From Octopus sinensis (taxonomy: Eukaryota), in contig NC_043003.1 of NCBI RefSeq assembly GCF_006345805.1, positions 60,264,001 through 60,328,000 on the forward strand: a DNA stretch of 64,000 nucleotides, read 5' to 3'. Within the stretch, counting starts at the first letter, position 1; each line of letters begins with the position of its first letter. Positions 13,320 to 23,574 of the stretch are shown here, in pieces. Both the position numbers and the translations under genes were made by a program. The notes beneath the pieces are model-generated. The model was not told the DNA's origin, made no database searches, and was given only the letters and a program-made list of their open reading frames with translations.

Positions 13320-14104
13320 AAAAGTCATTGGTATATACATTATATGTATATACCACACACAAAAACACACACACACGCACGCACATACGCGCACACACAT
13401 ACATATACACATATACTATTTGTTAATGTTATCGCTACAGATTTTCTATAAAGTTTATAGCCAGCACTGAATTTTTTACGACGTTTCGTACCCGAGGCTC
13501 CAAATGTAAATTAACAATGAGATCTAAACTGAAAAATGAGTAAAAAGCGTATATGACAGTTCAGGGGATTTTTGCTCCTTTATCAGCACCCATCCAGCTC
13601 ATTCATTGATCATCTACGAACTCATTGCTTAAACAGCCACTATATACAACGGTGTAATTTTATTGTATGAACCAATTTTACATATTAAACACATTCCTGC
13701 AAGCTGGTTCGTAAATAATAATGACTTGTAGCGACATGGAATTTCGTTATACAACCATGATGTGCTACAAAGTATATAAAACGTTTTTATAAGTCAATAC
13801 CGTGTAGTATATTAGTATATTAGGATTATATTATGGTCGTCTCATATCTAATCCATAAAATGAAGAAGGCGAACGTTGATACAAATTGGATTTTTATGTA
13901 AAAAGGGGTCTAAATGGGGCTGGAAGGCGATTAAAATTTACGGGAGGGGGTAACTTGAGGTGAGAAATTGTTTGGGAGACGTTTTGGGGCGCTACAGTGG
14001 TTGCTTTGGTGGAATTTTCTTTTACATCATATTCAAAATTTTGCGCCAGCCGTTAAACTGCCAGTACGTTGCTGTCCGTCATTAAGAAGTTTTGAATCTC
14101 CGCC

Positions 14105-14113
14105 ATGGTGAGT
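14105..14113 (+). other. Candidate start-codon-only first coding exon end (Kozak ATG followed directly by a splice donor)
   Basis: CCGCC-ATG|GTGAGT: strong Kozak context plus a consensus donor, inside a unique, CpG-retaining stretch (~13920-14110). No downstream coding exon identified. Confidence 0.35.
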
Positions 14114-14689
14114 CTACTATCCTGAGATTCTATCCCTTCAGACTTTAGTTTCCAATATTTATTTATTTTTATTCAGCTCGCAAGTTAGTTTGTCCCTTTT
14201 AAATGTTAGTGTTTTGCTGTCCGCCTCGAAGCAGACCTTTCCGTTGTCACTGCCTGATATTTATGATTGATCTTCCAAAATATTTTCTTCCTCAACTTAC
14301 TCAAGATCTTTTGTTTTTTATAAATAGGAGAGAGATAGACAGAGTAACATAGAGAGTAAGAGAAAGCGAGGAAGGGTCCGAGAGAAAGGAAGAATACGAG
14401 AGTGGGAAAGTGAGAGAGAAAGGAGAGAGAAACAAAGAAGGAGAATGTGGCGATAAGAAACAGAAAGGAAGCAACAGAAAGTAACAACCATACCCCCACC
14501 CGCGCGTAGAGTGGGTCATCTTAAGCTAGTTGTAGTATTTTATGGTCGTCGCATATTGTAGTATATTATGGTCGTATAACAAAATACTGTGACCCTACAA
14601 GTTATTCATAAGACTGATATATAGTACCATTTCGTTTTGATTTTTTAGGCATGAACTTGCTATAATAATCGTTACAAATTTTGGCTCAG

Positions 14690-14842
14690 TCGATTACATC
14701 GACCCCAGTGCTCAATTAGTACCTATTCCATCGACCCCGAAAAGATGAACAACGTCGATCTTAGTGAATTTTGAACTCAAAACGGAAAGTCGGGCGGAAT
14801 CCCGCTAAACATTTTGCCCAGCATTCTGACGATTCTTGCCAG
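14690..14842 (-). mobile_element. Degenerate SINE family B
   Basis: CGATTACATCGACCCCAGTG...TCGACCCCGAAAAGATGAA...TTTGAACTCA...TTGCCAG is the reverse complement of the family B body. Confidence 0.75.
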
Positions 14843-15261
14843 GTTATCACCTGAATGAGGTTGCTAAAATACCATTAACAATACCACACTGCTTGGAAAC
14901 TGAATCTGGAATTGTTGCTGCTGATGATGTCATTTGTTCTTGTGTAACCTTATGCCAAATCGGGTCGTGCAGATTCCTGTTTCATATATGCCAGCTGTGA
15001 CAATTCCATTTTCTCGCTATTAAGATTCCTTTATCCAGTGCTTCGCTAATGATGACTTACGAGACATTACATGTACCGATTTCTTTCCCTTTACTGGCCA
15101 TACAAATTGTGACAATTATTCTCGCTATCCAGCGAATGGACTTTCTTGTTCACTAAATTATTTTTCCTGGATAGTATTTTTCATTCGTTACTAGTATTAT
15201 TTTGAAATTCTAAATGTATTTATTATCATTAAGTATTTAAACCCCTTTTTATTTAATATAT

Positions 15262-15555
15262 GTTTGTTCCTTCTCGAATCATGCCTGGCTCATAAGGGCC
15301 AGTTTTTCCCTGTTTCCTTCACGTATAGGTTCCCCACCTGGACGGGACGCCGGTCCGTCGCAGGTGAGCTGCAACATGCAGGAGGAAAGAGTGAGAGAAA
15401 GTTGTGGTGAATGAGTCAGCCATTACCTTCTGCCAGAGTTGCGTGGAGCTTAGGTGTTTCGTTCATAAACACACACATCGCCCGGTCTGAGATTCGAACC
15501 AGCGATCCCTCAATCGCGAGTCCGCTGCTCTAATCACTAGGCCATATGCCTCCAC
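15262..15555 (-). mobile_element. tRNA-derived SINE family C (my label), full length, 13-bp TSD
   Basis: Minus-strand head GTGGAGGCATATGGCCTAGTGATTAGAGCAGCGGACTCG...GGTTCGAATCTC (A and B boxes). TSD TTATTTAATATAT at 15249-15261 and 15556-15568. Confidence 0.9.
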
Positions 15556-16058
15556 TTATTTAATATATACTTTTTATTATTAGTGATTTTATGGATTTCT
15601 AGATTCTAGAGTGGCCATGTTGAGACTTTCTCAATAGCTCGTTTGTTTTGTAGTCAGTGACATTAATTTTTTTTTCTTGTGCACTAGTCCTTATAAGGCC
15701 GGTGACCCCTTTTGCATGGCATATAAGAGACCGCCATCACAATATTCATCCGCAACAGGACACCGATGGGTTGCAGGCCTCGAGGATAGCATTTCAAGGA
15801 GAGGGTTTGTTGATTACATCGATACCAGTACTTGACTGATAACTTATTTTATTTATCCCAAAGAGGTAAAAATGCATAAAGAGACGGAAGAAATGTCACT
15901 AGCCATTTTTTTCTGATTTGCTAACAATTCTGCCAGCCCACTGTCTGATAACATAGCTTATACTTAATAATTTAGAAACCAGTTCTCCTTCATATGTTGT
16001 GGGACGAACTATGACGAATTGGTTTATGTATGTATGTATATATGTATGTATGTATCTA

Positions 16059-16093
<35 letters not shown>

Positions 16094-16511
16094 AGCCCCA
16101 TTTTCATTGTTGCTGAATATTAAGATATTTGAAACGCTATAATTACATTTAATACAAAATCTGAGATTATATAGTAACACCAAATATACGAAGTTATTTT
16201 TATCAGCGTCTAAAAACCTGTGATTTACAGGTAGCCCTCGCAAGACAAAACCAAATAAAAAAACTCATTGGGTTGCATCACCAATTTGAAAATATGTACT
16301 GTCTGTAAGTATAATGTAATGTTGTTAAACACAGAAATAAAGACTACAGCACGCACGGGAACTTATTTTATTTATCCCAGTCTTCGTGACTGTATTTGTC
16401 CATTCATCACTACTTTGTTTACATCCAATTAACTTGCGGTTCGGCAAAAAACAACGACATAGTAAGTACCGCCACGGTAATTACCGTGGTCCAATGACTG
16501 AAATAAGGTGG

Positions 16512-16588
16512 AGAACATATGCGCCAAGGAAACCGGGAAACCGGCCCTTTTCAGCCAGGCGTGGCTCGAGAAGGAACAAACAACAATA
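16512..16588 (+). mobile_element. 3' end of SINE family C
   Basis: GCGCCAAGGAAACCGGGAAACCGGCCCTTTTCAGCCAGGCGTGGCTCGAGAAGGAACAAACAACAA matches the reverse complement of the 15262 end. Confidence 0.8.
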
Positions 16589-16965
16589 GTGGGAAAGCCT
16601 TGTTTGCAAAGTTAGGTTGTTGCAATAGGCAGGAACTTTTTCCCTAACTCCTCGTTGCCCCCAAGAATTTCATTTTAAACCCACTTGGAGTAATTTACCA
16701 TCGTTCGCAGACCCCTGCTTTAGAGCGTCATCCAAATTGCCTTTGTCGTGTTTCCGCTAATTTCGTTTTGGTTTCACATACCGCAGAAGTTTGCCGTTCG
16801 CCTCTCCAATCGATTGAATAATATCAACCACAGGATTAAGAAAGAATCAACTAGTCCCCCTTCTCAGTTCTGATGACTTTCTACGCAAATTAAAAGTAAA
16901 AGAGACGTGGATTGGCAGAATTGTTTAACAGTCTCATAAATTCCTCGAAGCAATTGTTCTGGTGC

Positions 16966-17012
16966 TTTTACATTGAGTTAAATACCGCCGAGGTATTTAA
17001 CTCAATGTAAAA
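16966..17012. repeat. Perfect 21-bp inverted repeat with a 5-nt loop
   Basis: TTTTACATTGAGTTAAATACC-GCCGA-GGTATTTAACTCAATGTAAAA. Confidence 0.95.
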
Positions 17013-17174
17013 ATGATCAAAAGAAGTGAGTTTTAAGTACTGGGATCGAATTAATCGATTAATATCTTCACCTGAATTTGTTGTGGTTTGGCCTTTGTTA
17101 GAATCATTTATTATAATCAATATATTAATGGATTACGTGATCACGTGTTCGACCGGGCAGCGGGATTTTGCTAT

Positions 17175-17420
17175 ATTTTGTACTGTTTCACTTTTGAATG
17201 ATGCCATCCCGCTGGCTAGGTGAGCAGGCCAACGTACCCACCCACCCTATTGAAAAGCTATTCCGCCGCAGGGTTACTGTTTTACAGCTGAGTGGACTGG
17301 AACAACGTGATATGAAGTGTTTTGCTCAAGAACATAACACGCCGCTCGCTCCAGAAAACGAAACCATGATCTATCGATCGCTAGTGCAGCACCCTACCCA
17401 CTAGGCCACGTACCGTCACA
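17175..17420 (-). mobile_element. SINE family D (tRNA head plus CORE-like central domain), diverged
   Basis: ACAGCTGAGTGGACTGGAACAACGTGATATGAAGTGTTTTGCTCAAGAACATAACAC...CACTAGGCCAC shares its core with 59898-60236. Confidence 0.75.
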
Positions 17421-17449
17421 TACTGGTTTCAAATTTTAAAAAGAATGAT

Positions 17450-17540
17450 AGACAAAGTTGACCTCAGCGGCATTTGAACTCAGAATGTAAAGACAGCCTC
17501 TAAGCGGTTTGCCCGGCGTGCTAACATATCTGCCTTCACG
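17450..17540 (-). mobile_element. SINE family B 5' fragment
   Basis: CAAAGTTGACCTCAGCGGCATTTGAACTCAGAATGTAAAGAC...GCCCGGCGTGCTAAC. Confidence 0.75.
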
Positions 17541-18271
17541 TTAATGAATAACTCCGGTTAATAGACCTAAATGAATTGGTTCTTGGTTGACACACTAGTC
17601 TACTACAAAATACGTATCAGTGAATGACTATCATTCTCTTTTTTCTTCTTTAATTCTTTGTATCAGATGCCTTCAGAGAATAACGCAATCTCATTGCTAT
17701 TGCCTGATTATCTTCCATTTTCAACAGTATTCATGTCTCTATATCGTTTATATGGTTACATCTGTCTTCGGCAGGAAATTTTCTGATACGTTTGAGGATT
17801 GATGATAGATCAGCTACAAAGCACCATAGGTAATTAATTATATCAAACTTTTGGGGCTCACTCACCATAACGAGTTAAGTTATCGTTTACGCTCAACAGA
17901 CTTTGCTACTGTTTGTTAGGCTTGTTATCAATTTTTGATATCTTGAGATATGCATGATCTACTTCATTCGATTTGGTACTAAAGAATATTTCAGAATTAT
18001 AACTTTCCAGACTTTGTTTAATGTCTTGAGGAAAATAAAATTAAGGTTCGTATGTGGGTCAACATGATATCTGGTTAAATACAATGGTTCAGCTTGCAGT
18101 ATTTGGAGCTCGCAGCACAGTTTCAATTCTTCTAACTAACAATCCAATATCATGCTAATTATCCGATTCCACTAAACATTTTAACGCTTACACTTACAAA
18201 AAATGTTGGTGCTCATATCTTCCGAGCATGAAGGTGTGTATATGTGTGTATATATGTGTGTGTATCTATTT

Positions 18272-18530
18272 GAAGGCGCATAGCCTAGTGGTTGTGGTGT
18301 TGTATTTATGATCGCGAGATATTGGTTTCAGTTATTGGACAGAGAGGTGAGTTCTGCTCTTGAGCAAAATGCTTCTATCTCACGTTGCTCTGCGATCACT
18401 TTGATACCCGACGCGTGATACGCCGTGCATCAGTTCACGCACCAACGATGTGATGGAGGAAGTGAGCTAATGTACAACGTAAGCATCTGATCACTAGAAA
18501 TCAAATCATTTTTGCGTATTGTTCAGCATG
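18272..18530 (+). mobile_element. SINE, D-like head and core with a different 3' region
   Basis: GGCGCATAGCCTAGTGGTT (A box)...CTTGAGCAAAATGCTTCTATCTCACGTTGCTC core-like segment. Confidence 0.6.
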
Positions 18531-18564
18531 AATTTGCAGAACCGTCTTTCTCGGACTACGATAC

Positions 18565-18623
<59 letters not shown>

Positions 18624-19341
18624 CGTGCTTCTGTGTGTGTGCGTGTGCGTTTGCGTGTATGTGTGTGTGTGTGTGTGTGTGCCTATCTCTGTTCAGCCTT
18701 TTGCCTTGTAATAATGAAATCCTGTTTACAAATCTACACATCATGTTCTTTCATTTGCTGCAAACCTTCGACCCATTGACCACAACTAGGTCGATAAAAA
18801 CTGCCCAGAAGCCCTCAAACGGACTCCATCTACTTTTCATAGAAACAACCCATTTACGCACTGTTACCATGTTATTTTGTCCGACGATAACATCGCAAGT
18901 ACAACTGACAATACACTGATAGTTACGTGGGCTGAAAATCATTTGAATATACATCGGAAATTTGAAGTGTTCTCTGAACTGATTAAGTTAAGATATAGCA
19001 GCAATACAATGCACTATTTCTTTATTACATTCGGGTTTAAAAAGTATATGAAATAGATTTTTTTTTCTTTTTCGTATTTTATAGCTTTTATCAAAGAGAA
19101 ATTACAAGATGATATATATTTAGCATGAAGATTGATAAGAAGAAAAAAAACTGTCTTCTTCCTTGTCAGAACACAACATATTTTATTTTGGCTTGTTGGC
19201 ATGTACTTATTTAACACTCATAAATTAGTGATGAAACCTATAGAACATATGTATAGACGCAACACGCAAAAATATATGTGCGTATGTGTATATATATATA
19301 TGTATATATACGTGTGTGTAGTTATTATATATATAATAATA

Positions 19342-19380
<39 letters not shown>

Positions 19381-19385
19381 TATAT

Positions 19386-19451
<66 letters not shown>

Positions 19452-19472
19452 TACAAACATATATATATATAT

Positions 19473-19572
19473 NNNNNNNNNNNNNNNNNNNNNNNNNNNN
19501 NNNNNNNNNNNNNNNNNNNNNNNNNNNNNNNNNNNNNNNNNNNNNNNNNNNNNNNNNNNNNNNNNNNNNNNN
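19473..19572. other. Assembly gap (100 N)
   Basis: Exactly 100 N, typical of a fixed-size scaffolding gap. Confidence 1.
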
Positions 19573-19871
19573 CTAAACGTTAAAAAAATATATGTATTGC
19601 GTCAATATGTCTGAAGAATATTAGAAAATTTAAAAAAAAATTTTTGTTTCCCTTTATAATGACAATTTTTAAAGAAAGACGGTTCGCATGTAGCTTTTCA
19701 AATTTATCTTGACGTTTGTTTATGTTTAATAGAGTTATCCTTGTGTTTATGCTCGGAGAGTTCTAAATAGGGAAGGTAGTGAGTGATTTCTTCCGGTGTA
19801 GGGAGATAATCGCTTAAAATTTTTTTTCCTTTCCCTTAATGTGAATTTCTCTGTATCAGTATGTTCGGATG

Positions 19872-20340
19872 GTTGAGTCTGGGCTTGTACTTTTCAATGA
19901 AGAATGGTTTCCTTCGTTTAGTCTAATTGTGGTGATGATCCGAAAGCAATGGGGTAACATGGAAAGATTAAAAATTGTGGTAGAGTTGCTTTGCGCATTT
20001 CTAATGTGCTCACTAAAAGTATCATTCTATATTCTGGAATGCAATTGTTGTCGATGAGTGTGCATCTATCCTGAGTGATAGTCCGTGGAAACCACGTAGT
20101 CTTGGTGGCAGCCCGAGCATTTTTGACTAAAATTATGTAGTTCAGAGGCACAAGTAAAGTTAGATGTGATCTTGAATTTCGCTGCCCTCTTTAAAGAGGA
20201 ATCTGATCCTTCTAGCAGGTTAGGACAGTTGCACAGTTCGAGATTCTAACCACAACATTTTTTTGTTTTTACTTTTTGCCATCCGTAATTTCGGAAGACA
20301 ATTTGCCGTTATGAGAATCTTTTTAAGTGATTTTAAGCCT
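19872..20340 (-). mobile_element. Penelope-like retroelement remnant, GIY-YIG endonuclease region (frameshifted, stops)
   Basis: Manual minus-strand translation across frameshifts: KSLKKILITA...CPNLLEGS...KFKITSNFTCAS...CSGCHQDY...MHTHRQQ...SEHIRN...FIEKYKPRLN. This is the CxxC-containing GIY-YIG domain and terminal 'FIxxxxPxLN' typical of PLE ORFs. Confidence 0.8.
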
Positions 20341-20419
20341 TCGTCGTTTCACTCTTTACTATTTTTATATATTCACCCACGTGCTTTCACAACAACTTCT
20401 ACTGTTTCTATGTCTATGA

Positions 20420-20420
20420 T

Positions 20421-20452
<32 letters not shown>

Positions 20453-20473
20453 TACCTATATGTAAATGTACCC

Positions 20474-20519
<46 letters not shown>

Positions 20520-20558
20520 AATATATAAATTATATATATAGATATATAAAAATAATTA

Positions 20559-20611
<53 letters not shown>

Positions 20612-20901
20612 TATATATATATCTATATATATATAAAGATATATATAATGTATATATATAGATATATATATATAAATTATATATATATATAAATATATAT
20701 AGATATAGTATAATATAATATATATGTTATATATATATATATGATAGATATTATATATATATATATATATATAATATTATATATATATATATATTATATA
20801 TATATATATATATTATATATAATATATATATATAATACATACATACAGTAAATATATATATATATATATTCTATATATATATATTATATATATATATATA
20901 T
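20420..20901. repeat. Complex (TA)n microsatellite directly flanking the ribozyme array
   Basis: Direct inspection. Confidence 0.95.
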
Positions 20902-21089
20902 ATACTAAGCAATAAAGGGTTTAGCAACGAATTGCCTTACCACATACCGAATTAGAAATAGCAGTCAAAGAGTTATAGCTATTTCTTCTACTAAAAAGGG
21001 AGATCTCAGTAAAAACAGCAATTGGAAGGCAGACACAAACAGGTAAGAGAGAATGAATTGACGGCAATCTATCATACAATTTTAAGTTA

Positions 21090-21190
21090 TCTACGGACGT
21101 ACGTTTCGAAATCAAGTTTTTAGGAAAGCATAAGAATTAAATATTAAATAATTCTATACTCACCAAAACTTCTTTTCTCTTCAGCGTAGA
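21090..21190 (-). ncRNA. Type I hammerhead ribozyme, copy 1
   Basis: Minus strand TCTACG-CTGAAGA-GAAA...(70 nt)...TTTC-GAAA-CGTACG-TC-CGTAGA. Predicted cleavage after GUC, between 21096 and 21095. Confidence 0.85.
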
Positions 21191-21685
21191 ATACTATAAT
21201 CATAAATGATTATATATTGAATTTTGAGATACTAGAAGGCACCAACTCAACTCAGTATCAGAGCGAGCTAGAATCCGCAAATAGTATCACCAAATTCAAT
21301 GTTTGAATGAAAAGATTGTGTCACCAGCCCCTTCCACCGCGTGTGTAGCCAAAACAAGATGCTGTGGTCATCTACTGAGATAAAATATGGTTATCCGTAA
21401 TAATGAAGGGTGAAATTAATTAATTTGGAATAATTATCAATTACACCAACGTAGTCTTCGGCATGTAAAAGCCTCATTCGAGGAAAATTTAAGTAATACT
21501 AAGCAATAAAGGGTTTAGCAACGAATTGCCTTACCACATACCGAATTTAGAAATAGCAGTCAAAGAGTTATAGCTATTTCTTCTACTAAAAAGGGAGATC
21601 TCAGTAAAAACAGCAATTGGAAGGCAGACACAAAAAGGTAAAGAGAGAATGAATTGACGGCAATCTATCATACAATTTTAAGTTA

Positions 21686-21785
21686 TCTACGGACGTACGT
21701 TTCGAAATCAAGTTTTTAGAAAAGCATAAGAATTAAATATTAAATAATTCTATCTCACCAAAACTTCCTTTCTCTTCAGCGTAGA
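21686..21785 (-). ncRNA. Type I hammerhead ribozyme, copy 2
   Basis: Same intact core; GUC is the complement of 21692-21694. Confidence 0.85.
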
Positions 21786-22276
21786 ATACTAAATCATAAA
21801 TGATTATATATTGAATTTTGAGATACTAGAAGGCACCAACTCAACTCAGTATCAGAGCGAGCTAGAATCCGCAACTAGTATCACCAAATTCAATGTTGAA
21901 TGAAAAGATTGTGTCACAGCAGCCCCTTCCCACCCGCGTGTAGCCAAAACAAGATGCTGTGGTCATCTACTGAGATAAAATATGGTTATCCGTAATAATG
22001 AAGGGTGAAAAATTAATTTTGGAATAATTATCAATTACACCAAGTAGTCTTCGGCATGTAAAAGCCTCATTCGAGGAAAATTTAAGTAATACTAAGCAAT
22101 AAAGGGTTTAGCAACGAATTGCCTTACCACATACCGAATTTAGAAATAGCAGTCAAAGAGTTATAGCTATTTCTTCTACTAAAAAGGGAGATCTCAGTAA
22201 AAACAGCAATTGGAAGGCAGACACAAACAGGTAAGAGAGAATGAATTGACGGCAATCTATCATACATTTTAAGTTA

Positions 22277-22376
22277 TCTACGGACGTACGTTTCGAAATC
22301 AAGTTTTTAGGAAAGCATAAGAATTAAATATTAAATAATTCTATCTCACCAAAACTTCCTTTCTCTTCAGCGTAGA
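22277..22376 (-). ncRNA. Type I hammerhead ribozyme, copy 3
   Basis: Same intact core; GUC is the complement of 22283-22285. Confidence 0.85.
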
Positions 22377-22867
22377 ATACTATATCATAAATGATTATAT
22401 ATTGAATTTTGAGATACTAGAAGGCACCAACTCAACTCAGTATCAGAGCGAGCTAGAATCCGCAACTAGTATCACCAAATTCAATGTTTGAATGAAAAGA
22501 TTGTGTCACCAGCCCCTTCCCACCCGCGTGTAGCCAAAACAAGATGCTGTGGTCATCTACTGAGATAAAATATGGTTATCCGTAATAATGAAGGGTGAAA
22601 TTAATTAATTTGGATATATATTCAATTACACCAAGTAGTCTTCGCATGTAAAAGCCTCATTCGAGGAAAATTTAAGTAATACTAAGCAATAAAGGGTTTA
22701 GCAACGAATTGCCTTACCACATACCGAATTTAGAAATAGCAGTCAAAGAGTTATAGCTATTTCTTCTACTAAAAAGGGAGATCTCAGTAAAAACAGCAAT
22801 TGGAAGGCAGACACAAACAGGTAAGAGAGAATGAATTGACGGCAATCTATCATACAATTTTAAGTTA

Positions 22868-22967
22868 TCTACGGACGTACGTTTCGAAATCAAGTTTTTA
22901 GGAAAGCATAAGAATTAAATATTAAATAATTCTATCTCACCAAAACTTCCTTTCTCTTCAGCGTAGA
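22868..22967 (-). ncRNA. Type I hammerhead ribozyme, copy 4
   Basis: Same intact core; GUC is the complement of 22874-22876. Confidence 0.85.
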
Positions 22968-23202
22968 ATACTATAATCATAAATGATTATATATTGAATT
23001 TTGAGATACTAGAAGGCACCAACTCAACTCAGTATCAGAGCGAGCTAGAATCCGCAACTAGTATCACCAAATTCAATGTTTGAATGAAAAGATTGTGTCA
23101 CCAGCCCCTTCCCACCCGCGTGTAGCCAAAACAAGATGCTGTGGTCATCTACTGAGATAAAATTTGGTTATCCGTAATAATGAAGGGTGAAATTAATTAA
23201 TT

Positions 23203-23542
23203 TATGCTTTCCTAAAAACTTGATTTCGAAACGTGCGTCCGTAGATAACTTTAAATTGTATGATAGATTGCCGTCAATTCATTCTCTCTTACCTGTTTGT
23301 GTCTGCCTTCCAATTGCTGTTTTTAACTGAGATCTCCCTCCTTTTTAGTAGAAGAAATAGCTATAACTCTTTGACTGCTATTCTAAATTCGGTATGTGGT
23401 AAGGCAATTCGTTGCTAAACCCTTTATTGCTTAGTATTACTTAAATTTTCCTCGAATGAGGCTTTTACATGCCGAAGACTACTTGGTGTAATTGATAATT
23501 ATTCCAAATTAATTAATTTCACCCTTCATTATTACGGATAAC
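23203..23542 (+). repeat. Inverted partial copy (340 bp) of the array monomer
   Basis: TATGCTTTCCTAAAAACTTGATTTCGAAACGTGCGTCCGTAG...TTCATTATTACGGATAAC is the reverse complement of part of the monomer. It contains only the 3' half of the hammerhead. Confidence 0.9.

Positions 23543-23574
<32 letters not shown>

Larger units (their letters stand above)
20902..23202 (-). mobile_element. Tandem array of ~3.9 non-coding ~591-596-bp monomers, each carrying a hammerhead ribozyme (retrozyme-like element)
   Basis: Units start at 20902, 21496, 22089 and 22679 (ATACTAAGCAATAAAGGG...). They are nearly identical, differing mostly by small indels. No ORF of 60 aa or more lies within the array. Confidence 0.85.

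Noticed and set aside
20902-23202. CRISPR array or ordinary satellite interpretation of the tandem block
   Set aside because: No short repeat/unique spacer alternation, and the context is eukaryotic. Whole ~590-bp units repeat and each holds a ribozyme core.
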